Position numbers and translations under genes: made by a program. From assembly GCA_964631015.1 (NCBI GenBank), contig CAZVXH010000002.1:36-64035 (forward strand): DNA of 64,000 nucleotides. The letters are read 5' to 3'. Shown here piece after piece: positions 1 to 9,487 of the stretch (positions within the stretch are counted from its first letter, which is position 1; each line of letters starts with the position of its first letter). A model generated the notes under the pieces. It was given only the letters and a program-made list of their open reading frames with translations, searched no databases and was not told where the DNA came from. Source of the DNA: an uncultured Candidatus Cloacimonadota bacterium. GTDB taxonomy: Bacteria > Cloacimonadota > Cloacimonadia > Cloacimonadales > Cloacimonadaceae.

Positions 1-1347
1 CGCCAGAGTTTCGACAACCTCGCCAATCCCGATGGAATGGTGATCTTCGCCGCCTCCTGCTACAACGGCATGATCGACAGCAACCAACAGTGCCTGGCCG
101 AATACGCCCTCCAGAAAAAGGCCGTGGCCGTCACCGGAGCCACCCGCACCGGCTGGTACAAGATTGGCTGGGCCAATCCCGGCTGGGGCGGGATCACCTC
201 CTACAACCACCACTGGCTGGAAAACTATGCCAACAACGGCATGTCGGTCGGAGCCGCCCAGGCTTGGGCCAACCTCACCCACAGCCAGTACTATCTCTTT
301 GGTGACCCCGTCGATTCTGGTGGGATCATCTACCCGGAGCTGCAAAACGTTTACACCTACCTGCTCTTCGGCGATCCGGCCGTGGGTTATATCGGCCAGG
401 ATAATTACACCAGCGGCGAGATACTGGTCTACGAACCCTTCCACCACAACGGCCTGCCCATCGTTGAAGCCCTTGATCTGGCCCACTTCAACGTGATCTA
501 CACGAACAAACTCATCCCAGATTACGACTATATCAACCAGTTCGAAGCGGTCTTCTGCCTCTTTGGCTGGGGCGACACGGCTTACATCCTGAACCCCGAT
601 TCGCTGGACTACGCCCTGCTGGATTCCTACCTCAACGGCGGCGGCAAGCTCTATCTGGAAGGCGACGTCGGTTGGAACCCCCAGGATCCTTTCTGGGCCA
701 AATTCGCCACCCACGCCCCGCTGGACAGCCTGGCCTACATTGAAGACCTGCAGACCTTCCAGGCCGGCCACGTCTACACCTGGGGCTATGACGACGCGGC
801 CGACCCCTACACCCAGGCGCTGCTCCCCACCAATGCCTCCGCCGAGGTTTTTTTCAGCACCCAAAACCTGCAACACCCCGACCATCCCGTCGCCATCCTG
901 CATGACACGGACACCTACACCACCGTGGCCTCTTCCTTCGCTTTGGCGGATGTGGACGACAGCCCCGCTTACTCGAGTAATTTCCGCTTCATGCTGGGAA
1001 CGATTTTGGACCGCCTGGGCGTGATCTCTTACCTTCCTTCCGCCAGCGACGATTCCCAGATCCCTTCAGCCTCGCTCTCCGCGCGGGTTTATCCCAATCC
1101 CTTCGCCACCGGGATGTCACTCCGGGTTGAACTGCCCAAAGCCACCGCGGCCAGCCTGGACATCTACAACCTTCGGGGCCAGAAAGTACGCTCCCTCAGT
1201 TACTTGTCCCTTGCAGCCGGAACCCATGAACTGCTCTGGGACAGCCGCGATTTCCAAGGCGACGCCGTCTCGCCCGGCCTCTATTTCTGGCGGCTCAAGG
1301 CCGGCGGAAATTCCCTCAGCGGCAAGATGCTCAAACTGGCGGAATGA
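1..1347 (+). CDS. C25 (gingipain-like) peptidase, C-terminal part, with T9SS type-A C-terminal sorting domain. 5' end lies outside the window
   Basis: Frame 1 is open from base 1. 'VIFAASCYNG' matches the Cys region of clan CD C25 peptidases. The last ~85 aa ('VYPNPFATGMSLRVELP...LDIYNLRGQKVRSL...GLYFWRLKAGG') are a typical Por/T9SS C-terminal domain. TGA stop at 1345-1347. Confidence 0.7.
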   Translation, partial: RQSFDNLANPDGMVIFAASCYNGMIDSNQQCLAEYALQKKAVAVTGATRTGWYKIGWANPGWGGITSYNHHWLENYANNGMSVGAAQAWANLTHSQYYLFGDPVDSGGIIYPELQNVYTYLLFGDPAVGYIGQDNYTSGEILVYEPFHHNGLPIVEALDLAHFNVIYTNKLIPDYDYINQFEAVFCLFGWGDTAYILNPDSLDYALLDSYLNGGGKLYLEGDVGWNPQDPFWAKFATHAPLDSLAYIEDLQTFQAGHVYTWGYDDAADPYTQALLPTNASAEVFFSTQNLQHPDHPVAILHDTDTYTTVASSFALADVDDSPAYSSNFRFMLGTILDRLGVISYLPSASDDSQIPSASLSARVYPNPFATGMSLRVELPKATAASLDIYNLRGQKVRSLSYLSLAAGTHELLWDSRDFQGDAVSPGLYFWRLKAGGNSLSGKMLKLAE

Positions 1348-1469
1348 TACCTACAAAGCTTTTGGAGTTCATTTGGCCTGGACGGTTCCCACACCCATCC
1401 TCCCCGACCCAACGGACTTCATAAGGATTGCGAACCAGCCCTGAATAATTATCGATCGAGAGGTACATC

Positions 1470-4004
1470 ATGTTTAACACCAAGCGTTTCGCCCTGCTCT
1501 TTGTCCTGCTGGCCTGCGCCCTCGCCGGCCTCGCCGCCCTGCCCCCGCTGTTCACGCGCCAGGGCAATCCGGAACTTTACGGCTCCCTCCGCGGGAAAGC
1601 GCTGGACAACCTGACCAAGCTGGACCGTTCCCATACCAGGGAATACCGGCGCCTGCTGGAGGAACAGGACGACGTTCTGATGGCCTATCTGCTTGCCTAC
1701 GAAAGCGATGCCAATCTCCAAATTGCCCGGCCTGCTGATGTTCTTTCCAATTATCTGCACATCCGCTCCCTCCTCAACAACCGCGGAACCACCCTGGATC
1801 CGGAATTTTACCTTTCCTACGTGGCCAAACAAACCGTTTCCGACGAACGCATCGAAGCCTATCGCGAAGCTCTGCTCAAAGACGGTCTGCGCGAGATCCT
1901 GGACGGCAGCACGGATGAACTGGACCTCTACCGCAAGGTTAGCCTATGGTGCGTGGGACGCCTCAAGTTCCAGCCCACCTCCGGACGCGACCAGAGCCCG
2001 CTGGATATCACCCAAAAAAGCCTGCTGGGACGCTGCGAGGAGATGCAGATCCTCTTCGTGGCCGCGGCCAGAACCGTCGGCTTGCCCGCCCGGCCGGCCT
2101 CCACGCCCTGGTGGCCCCATCAGGACAACAACCACGCCTGGGCTGAAGTCTGGCTGAACGGCGCCTGGCACTACACCGGCGACATGGACGCCGCCTATCA
2201 CCCCGACCAAACTTGGTTTTCCGGCCTTATCGACAAGACCGTGCTGATCCTCGCGGACGGCTCTTTGCCCGCGGCTGGCGATGAAGTGCTGGTCCGGGGA
2301 AAGTACGATTGCGTGATCAACTCCATCCGCAACTACGCCGGCGAAAGAACCCGCTCTCTTACCATTCAAACCCTTGACGAACAAGGACTTCCGCTTCCGA
2401 ACACCAGCGTCGGCGTGATGGTGGTGAACTGGGACGCCCTGCGTCCGCTGATCTGGCTCAAGACCGATTCTGCTGGCCAGTTCACCCTCTCCGTGGGCCG
2501 CGGCGCCTTTTACCTGGCTGCCGAAAAGGACGGGAGACGGGCCCTTGAACTGGTCCCCTCCAGAGACAGCACCCTGATCAGCTGCGACCTTAGCCTGAAA
2601 AGCGGGCCCCTGGCCGATCGCGACGACCGGCTGGTCTATCCCTCCAATCCCTTCGAGTGGAAACAGGCTCCGGCGAGCTGGGACGAAGGCGTGAAGCGGG
2701 AAAAAGACCGCTGGAACGCCGTGGACCAAAGCTGGGCCAGGATCACCGCCGCCAGGGCTGATTCCCTTACGGCTGATTTTGTCCGGGCCGCCCGCGGGAA
2801 TTATGCCCAGGCGCTGGAATTTCTGCGCCGCTATCCCCAACCCTACGAATGCTTTCTGGACGATTGCCTGGCCGAAGAATGGGGTATCATGGACCCCAAA
2901 TTCCTCTGGCAGGCCAGTGCCGATCAGATCGAGGCCGTCTATCACGCCTACCTCTACTTTGAAATGGAGGATTTTGGCACCCAGGAACTCGCCGCGCTGG
3001 TCTCTCCCTCTGTCCGTTACGAGGAACTGCCCCAGCCGGTGGAGTATGTGGACGGTGTTCCCAGCTTTTATCCCCGCTCCTTTTTACAGAAAGGCTACAC
3101 CAAGCTCGAACGCCTGAACCGAGCCGCGCGCTGGCTGAAACGGAACTACAAGCTCAACCCCGACAAGGCTTTGAGCGGACTGACCCCGCTTCACGTAACC
3201 CTTGGCCAAAAATACCTCAACAACGCTCAGTACAAGCAGCTGGGCGTCAGCCTGGCCCGCGCCAACGGAATTCCCGCCGACTACTCCTACCGCGCCAACC
3301 TCATCCACGTAGTGTACGACAACGGTGACAGCGGCTATTACGACCTGGAGGCCTGCGCTCCGGAAGCGGATCCCGCTGAAGAGGAAGCTTTTACGAACCT
3401 TACCGTGCTCGTTTCCGACGAAACCGGCGCCCCCCTGTACCCCTATGCCAACGCCGTGATTATCCTCTCCGATATCCGCGCGGGAGACTATTCCTGGCTG
3501 GAGGGTTATTCCGGAGAGGATAAAGGCAACGGCGTGCAAAGTTTCCGGGCGCCCAAGGGTGAATACTATCTTTCCACCAACTACCGTATCTCCGACAGCC
3601 AAACCGCTTTCCAGACCAAACATCTGGACCTCTCCCAAGCCGACAGCCTCAGGGTGGAGATCTTCCTGAAAGACTATCCCCGCGGCTGGAACAACGGCGT
3701 CTATTACCTGATCACGGACCTCCTGACTGAGGCGGACACCGTCGGCGTTGGCATCTTCCTGATCGGTAACCACGACCAGGAAAACAGTATCCGCCTGGCC
3801 GAAAAACTGCGCGCCCTGGGCCAAAAATTCCTCTGGGTGGGTTATGAGCCGGCTCCGCAACCCATTGAAAACTATGTGGTAAGCACCCTCTGGACCCAGT
3901 GGGTGGCGGAGGACCAACGCAACCGCGTGCGGACCATCACCCTAACCCTCAAAAATGGCAAGTGGGACAGCTACGAAGGCCTCTGGGACCGCTTGCCGGA
4001 GTAA
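1470..4004 (+). CDS. secreted transglutaminase-like (Cys-His-Asp core) protein, 844 aa
   Basis: Signal peptide 'MFNTKRFALLFVLLACALAGLAA'. Transglutaminase core 'GRCEEMQILFVAAARTVGLPARP...NNHAWAEVWLNGAWHYTGDMD'. GAGAGG RBS upstream of the ATG. Confidence 0.8.
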   Translation: MFNTKRFALLFVLLACALAGLAALPPLFTRQGNPELYGSLRGKALDNLTKLDRSHTREYRRLLEEQDDVLMAYLLAYESDANLQIARPADVLSNYLHIRSLLNNRGTTLDPEFYLSYVAKQTVSDERIEAYREALLKDGLREILDGSTDELDLYRKVSLWCVGRLKFQPTSGRDQSPLDITQKSLLGRCEEMQILFVAAARTVGLPARPASTPWWPHQDNNHAWAEVWLNGAWHYTGDMDAAYHPDQTWFSGLIDKTVLILADGSLPAAGDEVLVRGKYDCVINSIRNYAGERTRSLTIQTLDEQGLPLPNTSVGVMVVNWDALRPLIWLKTDSAGQFTLSVGRGAFYLAAEKDGRRALELVPSRDSTLISCDLSLKSGPLADRDDRLVYPSNPFEWKQAPASWDEGVKREKDRWNAVDQSWARITAARADSLTADFVRAARGNYAQALEFLRRYPQPYECFLDDCLAEEWGIMDPKFLWQASADQIEAVYHAYLYFEMEDFGTQELAALVSPSVRYEELPQPVEYVDGVPSFYPRSFLQKGYTKLERLNRAARWLKRNYKLNPDKALSGLTPLHVTLGQKYLNNAQYKQLGVSLARANGIPADYSYRANLIHVVYDNGDSGYYDLEACAPEADPAEEEAFTNLTVLVSDETGAPLYPYANAVIILSDIRAGDYSWLEGYSGEDKGNGVQSFRAPKGEYYLSTNYRISDSQTAFQTKHLDLSQADSLRVEIFLKDYPRGWNNGVYYLITDLLTEADTVGVGIFLIGNHDQENSIRLAEKLRALGQKFLWVGYEPAPQPIENYVVSTLWTQWVAEDQRNRVRTITLTLKNGKWDSYEGLWDRLPE

Positions 4005-4271
4005 GCTAAACACTCTGGTTAGTGCTTCCCCAACTCCTTAAACCGCGCTTTCCGGGCCGGATTACCTTGCTCGGCCCCAAGCCCCAGCCTGTTCGCCTCC
4101 TGTCCACATCCCATTGAGTTCCCGTTCAGCCAATGGGTTGTTAATGGGAGGCGAATGAGATGCGAATGGGTTGTGGCTTGGGGCGGGGCCTCGAGCGAGA
4201 GCTTTGAAGCTGGTAAGAGCGACGCGGGAGCAGCGACACAAGACACATTACCCCCCCCCTCCGCGGCCTGC

Positions 4272-4563
4272 CATTCCGGGGAAGCGTGCGTCAGCACGCG
4301 GGGCACCGGAATCCAGCCCTCGCGGGAATAGCCCTGGGAGGGTGTCGACTCAGACTGCGTCTGGGTCGAACCCGACTTGGAGGTGAAGCTGTTTTGGTTT
4401 GACCGTCTGGATTCCTGGGCCCCGGGGGCTGAAGCCCCCACCCCGGAATGACAGGGCTGGGCTGGGTGGTGGATAGGTCTGGATTCTTGGGTCCCTACCC
4501 CCGAATGACAGGGCTGGGTTGATGAAAGGACTGGATTCCGGGGCCCCTACCCCGGAATGACAG
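4272..4563. repeat. cluster of ATTCCGGGG...CCCCGGAAT hairpin repeats: one long copy (4272-4372) plus three tandem inverted short copies starting at 4407, 4479 and 4531
   Basis: Tandem units read 'CTGGATTC(C/T)NGGG..CCC(C)TACCCC(G)GAATGACAGGGCTGGG'. Each has a 9-bp stem ATTCCGGGG/CCCCGGAAT. Related copies lie at 10495-10547 and 57106-57180. Confidence 0.8.
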
Positions 4564-4607
4564 CCAGGAACCCCACCCTGAGAAAGGCAGCCCGGCGCCA
4601 GCAGTGC

Positions 4608-5162
4608 TCAGAAGCCGTAAAAGATCCCGGCGATGGAGGCTTCCAACTGGTTGTCGCGGATACTGTTGTAGAGAGATTGGGGTATGGTTCCAGAGAAACG
4701 GCCTGTCCTGCCGGGTTCCAAGGATTCGATTTCTTCCAGATAGAGTTTGAGGGGCACGGCCAGTTCGCCGAGTTTGAGCGAGATGCTCAGCACGGGGAAC
4801 GAGCCCACGTTGAGCAGGTCCACAGCGATCTGCGGCGCGCCGTATTCGCTTTCCAGGGTCTCCCAAGACCAGTATGGGTCTTGGTTTTGGAGATCGTATT
4901 CGTTCCAGACCTGGGCATAGCTGGCGTCGTAGAAATCGCGGAGCGAGGCTTCGGTGAAGTTCTGGACCAGTTCCTCCGGCAGGTCGATGTCCTCAAAAGT
5001 GTCGCCCAGGGAGCAGTTCCAGATGTTCAGCAGGTAGGTAACAAAACTCTCGGGAAAGCGGTCGATGCTGTTTCTACCAACCTCGTCCCGGCCGTAACTG
5101 AGGGCGGAGAGGCCGCCGAGCAGGCAGAGGGCCAGCAGCAGCAGGAGAAGTTTTTTGGTCAT
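4608..5162 (-). CDS. small secreted hypothetical protein (184 aa)
   Basis: Internal Met with a GGAGG RBS (revcomp of 5167-5176). Signal peptide 'MTKKLLLLLLALCLLGGLSALS'. The longer ORF start at 5270 has no RBS. Last gene of a three-gene minus-strand operon. Confidence 0.55.
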   Translation of the reverse strand: MTKKLLLLLLALCLLGGLSALSYGRDEVGRNSIDRFPESFVTYLLNIWNCSLGDTFEDIDLPEELVQNFTEASLRDFYDASYAQVWNEYDLQNQDPYWSWETLESEYGAPQIAVDLLNVGSFPVLSISLKLGELAVPLKLYLEEIESLEPGRTGRFSGTIPQSLYNSIRDNQLEASIAGIFYGF

Positions 5163-5199
5163 GAAAACCTCCAATAGAATTGGTTGCGGGATGGGCCGG

Positions 5200-6216
5200 T
5201 CATAGCTTCCGGCTGGTTTCGAGGCGCAGGCACAGGGCCTGTTCGATCTCGTGTTTGTGAAGGTGGGCATAGCGGGAGAGTTCCAGGCTGGGGGGCAGAA
5301 CGCCTTTAAAGATAAGGTACTCGCCGTTGTAGAGGCGGGCTGTTTTGCCCCAGAGCGAACTCTCCAGCGCCAGTTCCCAGCCGTTTTGGCCGCGGGTCAG
5401 CTCGTACCAGTTACTTTGCAGTTCCAGTGCCTTCCTGAACCTCTCTCTGGCAATGTGTTCAGGGACCTCGATGTCCATCATGACTTTGGAAAAACTTACC
5501 AGTTCGGCGTCGTCCGCTTTGGCGAGCTGCCGCTTGGAACAAGGCCGTTCACTGGCAGCGTAGCATTCGCTCGGGTGGGACTCAGGCCGAAACTCCTGAC
5601 GCGAGCGCAAGGACTGAGCCTCCTCTCGCAGTTCAATCTGGGGGATCCAGAGCGAAACGCCGGGTGAACGCACGGAAGGGGTCCTGTAGGCGCAGGTGAG
5701 TTCGTGTTCCTTGATCCGGAACTGGGCCCTCAAGCGACCGATGTGTTCCCAGTAGAGGGGTTTTCCGCTGAAGAGGTTGCCCTGGGCGGAGCAGGAACCT
5801 TCGATCTGGAGAAAGGTGTAGGCGTCGGTTTCGTCCAGCACCACACTGTCGCGGATCTGTTCCCGTGAGAGGGTGAAAGAGTTGTCCAATTCGGCGATGT
5901 ATTCGCCGTTGGCGCCCATGAATCCGAGGTCGAACCAAGTTCCGAACTGCGTGAAAGTGCTCACCTTGAGGGCGGTGTAGCGTTCCGCGTCGATCTGCGC
6001 GACGATCAGGTAGAGAATGAGGAAATCGCCGTCATCGAGCAGGCGGACGCTGCCGAAGAGACGTTCGGGCGAAAACTGGAGCGGATCAACGGAGGCGGTT
6101 TCCAATGGCAGGGGCGGGCTTTCGGGCAGGGTGAAAGGTACAACCCGTTCCGGGCGGACCGACTCCAGGTACATCTTCCAGAGAATTTCGCCGTGGCTGT
6201 CCAGCGTTCTAATCAT
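5200..6216 (-). CDS. hypothetical protein (338 aa), no recognisable domain
   Basis: Long ORF with a GAGGTGAG RBS, 7 nt downstream of the preceding gene's stop. Coding-like composition. Confidence 0.6.
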   Translation of the reverse strand: MIRTLDSHGEILWKMYLESVRPERVVPFTLPESPPLPLETASVDPLQFSPERLFGSVRLLDDGDFLILYLIVAQIDAERYTALKVSTFTQFGTWFDLGFMGANGEYIAELDNSFTLSREQIRDSVVLDETDAYTFLQIEGSCSAQGNLFSGKPLYWEHIGRLRAQFRIKEHELTCAYRTPSVRSPGVSLWIPQIELREEAQSLRSRQEFRPESHPSECYAASERPCSKRQLAKADDAELVSFSKVMMDIEVPEHIARERFRKALELQSNWYELTRGQNGWELALESSLWGKTARLYNGEYLIFKGVLPPSLELSRYAHLHKHEIEQALCLRLETSRKL

Positions 6217-6223
6217 TCTTTAC

Positions 6224-7045
6224 TCACCTCATGTCTCTATATGTTTCCTGCACCGGGGTTTCCTGACACAATTGTGGCAGCCAGAGCAGGCTGAACAGCC
6301 TCGCGACCTCTGTGGAAAAGCCTTTCTCGGCTACATAGGCGAGCAGTTTGTGGCGGAGGCGGGAATGGATCTGGTCGATGTTGGCGTTGGTTTCCCGGGC
6401 CAGACGTTGAGTGGGGCGGTCCAAAAGCACCTCGCAGTAATGGCAGAGGGCGTTCAGATGGCGGGGGAGCCAGTCCTCCCTCAGGCGATCGTAAAGCTCG
6501 CGGGCACGGGCACGGGTTTCAATCTGGGCGATGATCTCGGCAAGGGTTTGGGGGGCGGCCGGGCGCGGAGGGAGGCCAAGGTAGTCGGGAAAGTCGCCCC
6601 AGCCGTCATCTTCGGAGACGAGGTCCGGCGGCAGGGTCCCCCCTTTTTGCCAGAGATCGTCGATCACCTCTTTGTTGCAGAAGATGAGGTTGTTTTCCAG
6701 CACCCGGTAGAAATAAGGATAGAAGGCTGTGGAGCCCTGCTGGATCCTCGCGTTGAGGATGTTCCGCTGGGGTTTGAGGCGGGCATAGACTCCGGCGGCG
6801 CGACTGGTGAGGGTTTCCCAGAAGTCCTGGCGGCGGCGCTGGCAGAGGTCGCGGATGAGGTTGTTCTGGGCTGGCCGGACCTTTAGGATGAAGCAGATCA
6901 GGCACCAGATGCCCTCTTCGGTTTCCTTACCGGTGGCGTCCGAGCGCAACAGCTCCCATATCCCATTGAGCAGGATCGTGAAATCCAGGCTGAGGCCGGA
7001 ATTTTGGTTCAGCCATCTCTGGTAGCGCGCTTGATCCGGAGGCAT
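6224..7045 (-). CDS. hypothetical protein (273 aa), possibly a divergent sigma-70/ECF-like regulator
   Basis: Long ORF with an AGGGGAAG RBS. 'FYPYFYRVLENNLIF' loosely resembles sigma region 2. The C-terminal 'PTQRLARETNANIDQIHSRLRHKLLAYV' resembles a region-4 HTH. The two are joined by an acidic, Pro-rich linker. The functional call is weak. Confidence 0.55.
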   Translation of the reverse strand: MPPDQARYQRWLNQNSGLSLDFTILLNGIWELLRSDATGKETEEGIWCLICFILKVRPAQNNLIRDLCQRRRQDFWETLTSRAAGVYARLKPQRNILNARIQQGSTAFYPYFYRVLENNLIFCNKEVIDDLWQKGGTLPPDLVSEDDGWGDFPDYLGLPPRPAAPQTLAEIIAQIETRARARELYDRLREDWLPRHLNALCHYCEVLLDRPTQRLARETNANIDQIHSRLRHKLLAYVAEKGFSTEVARLFSLLWLPQLCQETPVQETYRDMR

Positions 7046-7228
7046 CTTCCCCTGTCACCTTGCAGACTCGGTGGGCGGGTTCCGCCCGACCTCACGCAAG
7101 TCTCGCCGGCGTGATTTTTCTGTCAATCAAAATAATTTGTCAGCCGGGCCCCGCCCCGACGCATATACAAGTTTGGGAGGCCGCGAGCTTCCCGGTTTCA
7201 AACGATCATACTTATGGAGGTAAGATAA

Positions 7229-8203
7229 ATGAAACAGACACTACTCAAAAATCTGGAGGATTACCGCTGCGCGCCGGGGATTTCGGCGCGGGGTCTCACC
7301 CTTATTCCGGTGGTCCGCGAGGGAGCCGCGTCGGCTGCCTATCATTCACTGCGTCAAGCTTTTGCAAGCGGGGCGGTTCAAATCACCGAAGTCAGCGTGG
7401 GCGGCAGTGTGCCGAACCTGAAAGTGATCAACCGGGGCAAGCTGCCGGTGCTGCTGCTGGACGGGGAAGAATTGCGCGGAGCCAAGCAGAACAGGGTGCT
7501 CAACGCCAGCGTGCTGGTGCCGGCGGCCAGTGAACTGGTGATCCCGGTGAGTTGCACGGAGGCGGGGCGCTGGAGCTATCACCGGCCCGATTTCGAGGAA
7601 TCCGGCAACGTGATCGCGGCCAGCATGAAACCCGGCAAGATGGACACGGTGAGCCAGAATCTCAAGTGCAGCAAGGTTTTCCAGGCTGACCAAGGCGCCG
7701 TCTGGGATGACATCGAACAGCTGCAAATGAGGATGGGCGAGCGGTCCAGAACCTCGGCGATGGCGGATGTCTACGCGTCCCGGAAGGCCAATCTGGAAGT
7801 GTTTGAACGGGTTTTCCACTTTCCGGAACTGGCCGGCAGCCAGTGCGGGATACTGGTGGAGAATGGCGGCAGGTTCGCCGGACTGGAGCTGGTTTCAGAT
7901 CCCGCGGTCTGGCAGGATGTGAGTGAAAAGATCGTCCGCAGCTACGCCATCGAGGTGGTCGACAGGCCGGAGGGAGAACCCCGGCGCGTGGAACCCGCGG
8001 GAAACGAGATCGGACGACTCTTTACGGATCTCACTTTGGAAGGCTTCAAGAGCGTGGGCCTGGGCGACGACCTGCGGTTTGAGAAAGCGGAGTTGATAGG
8101 TTCGGTGTTGATTTGGGAAAAACAGTTGGTCCATCTGGCCGCCTATCCGCGCGCGACCAGAAAGGAAGATGTTCGCTACCACAGCCCCAGATACCGGAAT
8201 TAA
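7229..8203 (+). CDS. hypothetical protein (324 aa) of a widespread uncharacterised family (I believe DUF6569-like)
   Basis: GGAGG RBS. Motif block 'LPVLLLDGEELRGAKQNRVLNASVLVPA...IPVSCTEAGRWSY' recalled from memory as the signature of that family. Divergently transcribed from 6224-7045. Confidence 0.7.
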   Translation: MKQTLLKNLEDYRCAPGISARGLTLIPVVREGAASAAYHSLRQAFASGAVQITEVSVGGSVPNLKVINRGKLPVLLLDGEELRGAKQNRVLNASVLVPAASELVIPVSCTEAGRWSYHRPDFEESGNVIAASMKPGKMDTVSQNLKCSKVFQADQGAVWDDIEQLQMRMGERSRTSAMADVYASRKANLEVFERVFHFPELAGSQCGILVENGGRFAGLELVSDPAVWQDVSEKIVRSYAIEVVDRPEGEPRRVEPAGNEIGRLFTDLTLEGFKSVGLGDDLRFEKAELIGSVLIWEKQLVHLAAYPRATRKEDVRYHSPRYRN

Positions 8204-8232
8204 GCGCTTAACAGGGCATTCCTGGCAGGCGG

Positions 8233-8266
8233 CAGGGCGTTCGGAGATCCGGACGCCCTGTTATTT
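8233..8266 (+). terminator. candidate intrinsic terminator after 7229-8203
   Basis: 8-bp stem CAGGGCGT/ACGCCCTG followed by a weak T-tract TTATTT. Confidence 0.4.
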
Positions 8267-8386
8267 AACCTGGTAACGATTTCAGCAGACCAGATCGCTC
8301 AGGCTTGCATCCCTACCGCTTGGGTCAGCCCGGAAGGGTAAGTCCAGGATCGAAACAGCTTGCGCACCCGGATTGAAAGAGAGGCA

Positions 8387-9403
8387 TCAGTAATATTCGT
8401 AGCGGATGCTGAGGCTGAAATTTTCGGTTCCTTTATCCTGGGTGGAAGTGAACTCCGTGAGGTTGCCCGCGGCGTCGGTTTTGTATGAATAAACGGTGGT
8501 GATCTTGTCGTTGGGCGAAGTGTAGAGCACTTTGCTAAGGCGGCCCTCGGCGTCGTAACTGTAGCTGTATTTGCGCATTAGGTTGCCTTGGGGGTCATTG
8601 ATGGTGCTTTCTTTCAGCCGTCCGTCCGCGTCCAAAACGTTCGTGGTCTTTTGGGTGGGGGCGTCGTTCAGATAATCCTGCAGGATGGTGACGGTGTTCT
8701 TCTTGGCATCGTGGCTGTGTTTGGCGGAGTTTACGAATTTCCCGTTCTGGTCTTTCTTCTGGCTGGCGATCAGCGTGCCCTGGCGGTCGTGGAAAAAGAT
8801 CTGATCGCGGTTGCGGCGGCTGGGGAGGGCAAAATTGATGGCGATGCTGTAGCCGTCGGCGGTGTAGGTGTAGAGGTGCTCTTTGAAGATGGCGCCCGCC
8901 TCATCGAAGAAAACGATCCGGCTGAGGTAGCCAAGTTCGTCGTAAGTGTATTCCGCGGCGTTGCCCTGAGGCGGGAAAAGGCTGTCCAAATCGGCGGTTT
9001 GGGTCTCGAAGCCGTCCTGGTAGGCATAGCGCTGCACCTTTTCCAACTGGCCATCCGCACGGTAGAAATAGCGGAACCCCTGCGGCAGGGAGCTGTGAGG
9101 ATAACTGACAGTGGTGGCCACGCGGCCGAGGCTGTCGAAGCGCACTATCGCGTGGTCCCGCAGGGAGCCGGGTTCCCAGATGATGTCGCTGCTTTGGATG
9201 TATAGCTTGCGGACTCTGCCCTTCAGACCGAACCCGGCCCAGTCCAGCCGGTCCAGGCCGCCGTTTTTGAAAGGATATTTGTCCAGGGCGCTGTGACGTT
9301 CCACATAGGGCGCGCCGGGGGCGGGATGGCTGCGCGGAGCCGCGTCCGCGAAGGCCAGGGCGGTAACGGCCAACAGCATCAAAACAAGGTATGATCTCTT
9401 CAT
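8387..9403 (-). CDS. secreted YD-repeat protein (338 aa)
   Basis: Signal peptide 'MKRSYLVLMLLAVTALAFADA' at the internal Met, with an AAGGAA RBS. Repeated YD motifs 'YTYDELGYL', 'YSYSYDAEGRL', 'YSYKTDAAGNL'. Confidence 0.7.
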   Translation of the reverse strand: MKRSYLVLMLLAVTALAFADAAPRSHPAPGAPYVERHSALDKYPFKNGGLDRLDWAGFGLKGRVRKLYIQSSDIIWEPGSLRDHAIVRFDSLGRVATTVSYPHSSLPQGFRYFYRADGQLEKVQRYAYQDGFETQTADLDSLFPPQGNAAEYTYDELGYLSRIVFFDEAGAIFKEHLYTYTADGYSIAINFALPSRRNRDQIFFHDRQGTLIASQKKDQNGKFVNSAKHSHDAKKNTVTILQDYLNDAPTQKTTNVLDADGRLKESTINDPQGNLMRKYSYSYDAEGRLSKVLYTSPNDKITTVYSYKTDAAGNLTEFTSTQDKGTENFSLSIRYEYY

Positions 9404-9487
9404 TTCTGTTCCTTCAGGGGTCTTGATATCTGAATTTATACAATTCTCTTTGGCTAATCCTGTCAAGTTTTATCTGTCCCGGCGCCA

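Noticed and set aside
4019-4441. 140-aa minus-strand ORF, and other short ORFs, within the 4.0-4.6 kb gap
   Set aside because: They run through the hairpin repeats, have low-complexity Ser/Gly/Pro-rich translations and have no RBS. The region is better explained as non-coding repeats.
4407-4563. Possible CRISPR array (three tandem repeats)
   Set aside because: The period is irregular (72 and 52 nt). The repeats are themselves hairpins with variable loops, there are no unique spacers of constant length, and there are no cas genes. Copies of the same unit are dispersed singly elsewhere.
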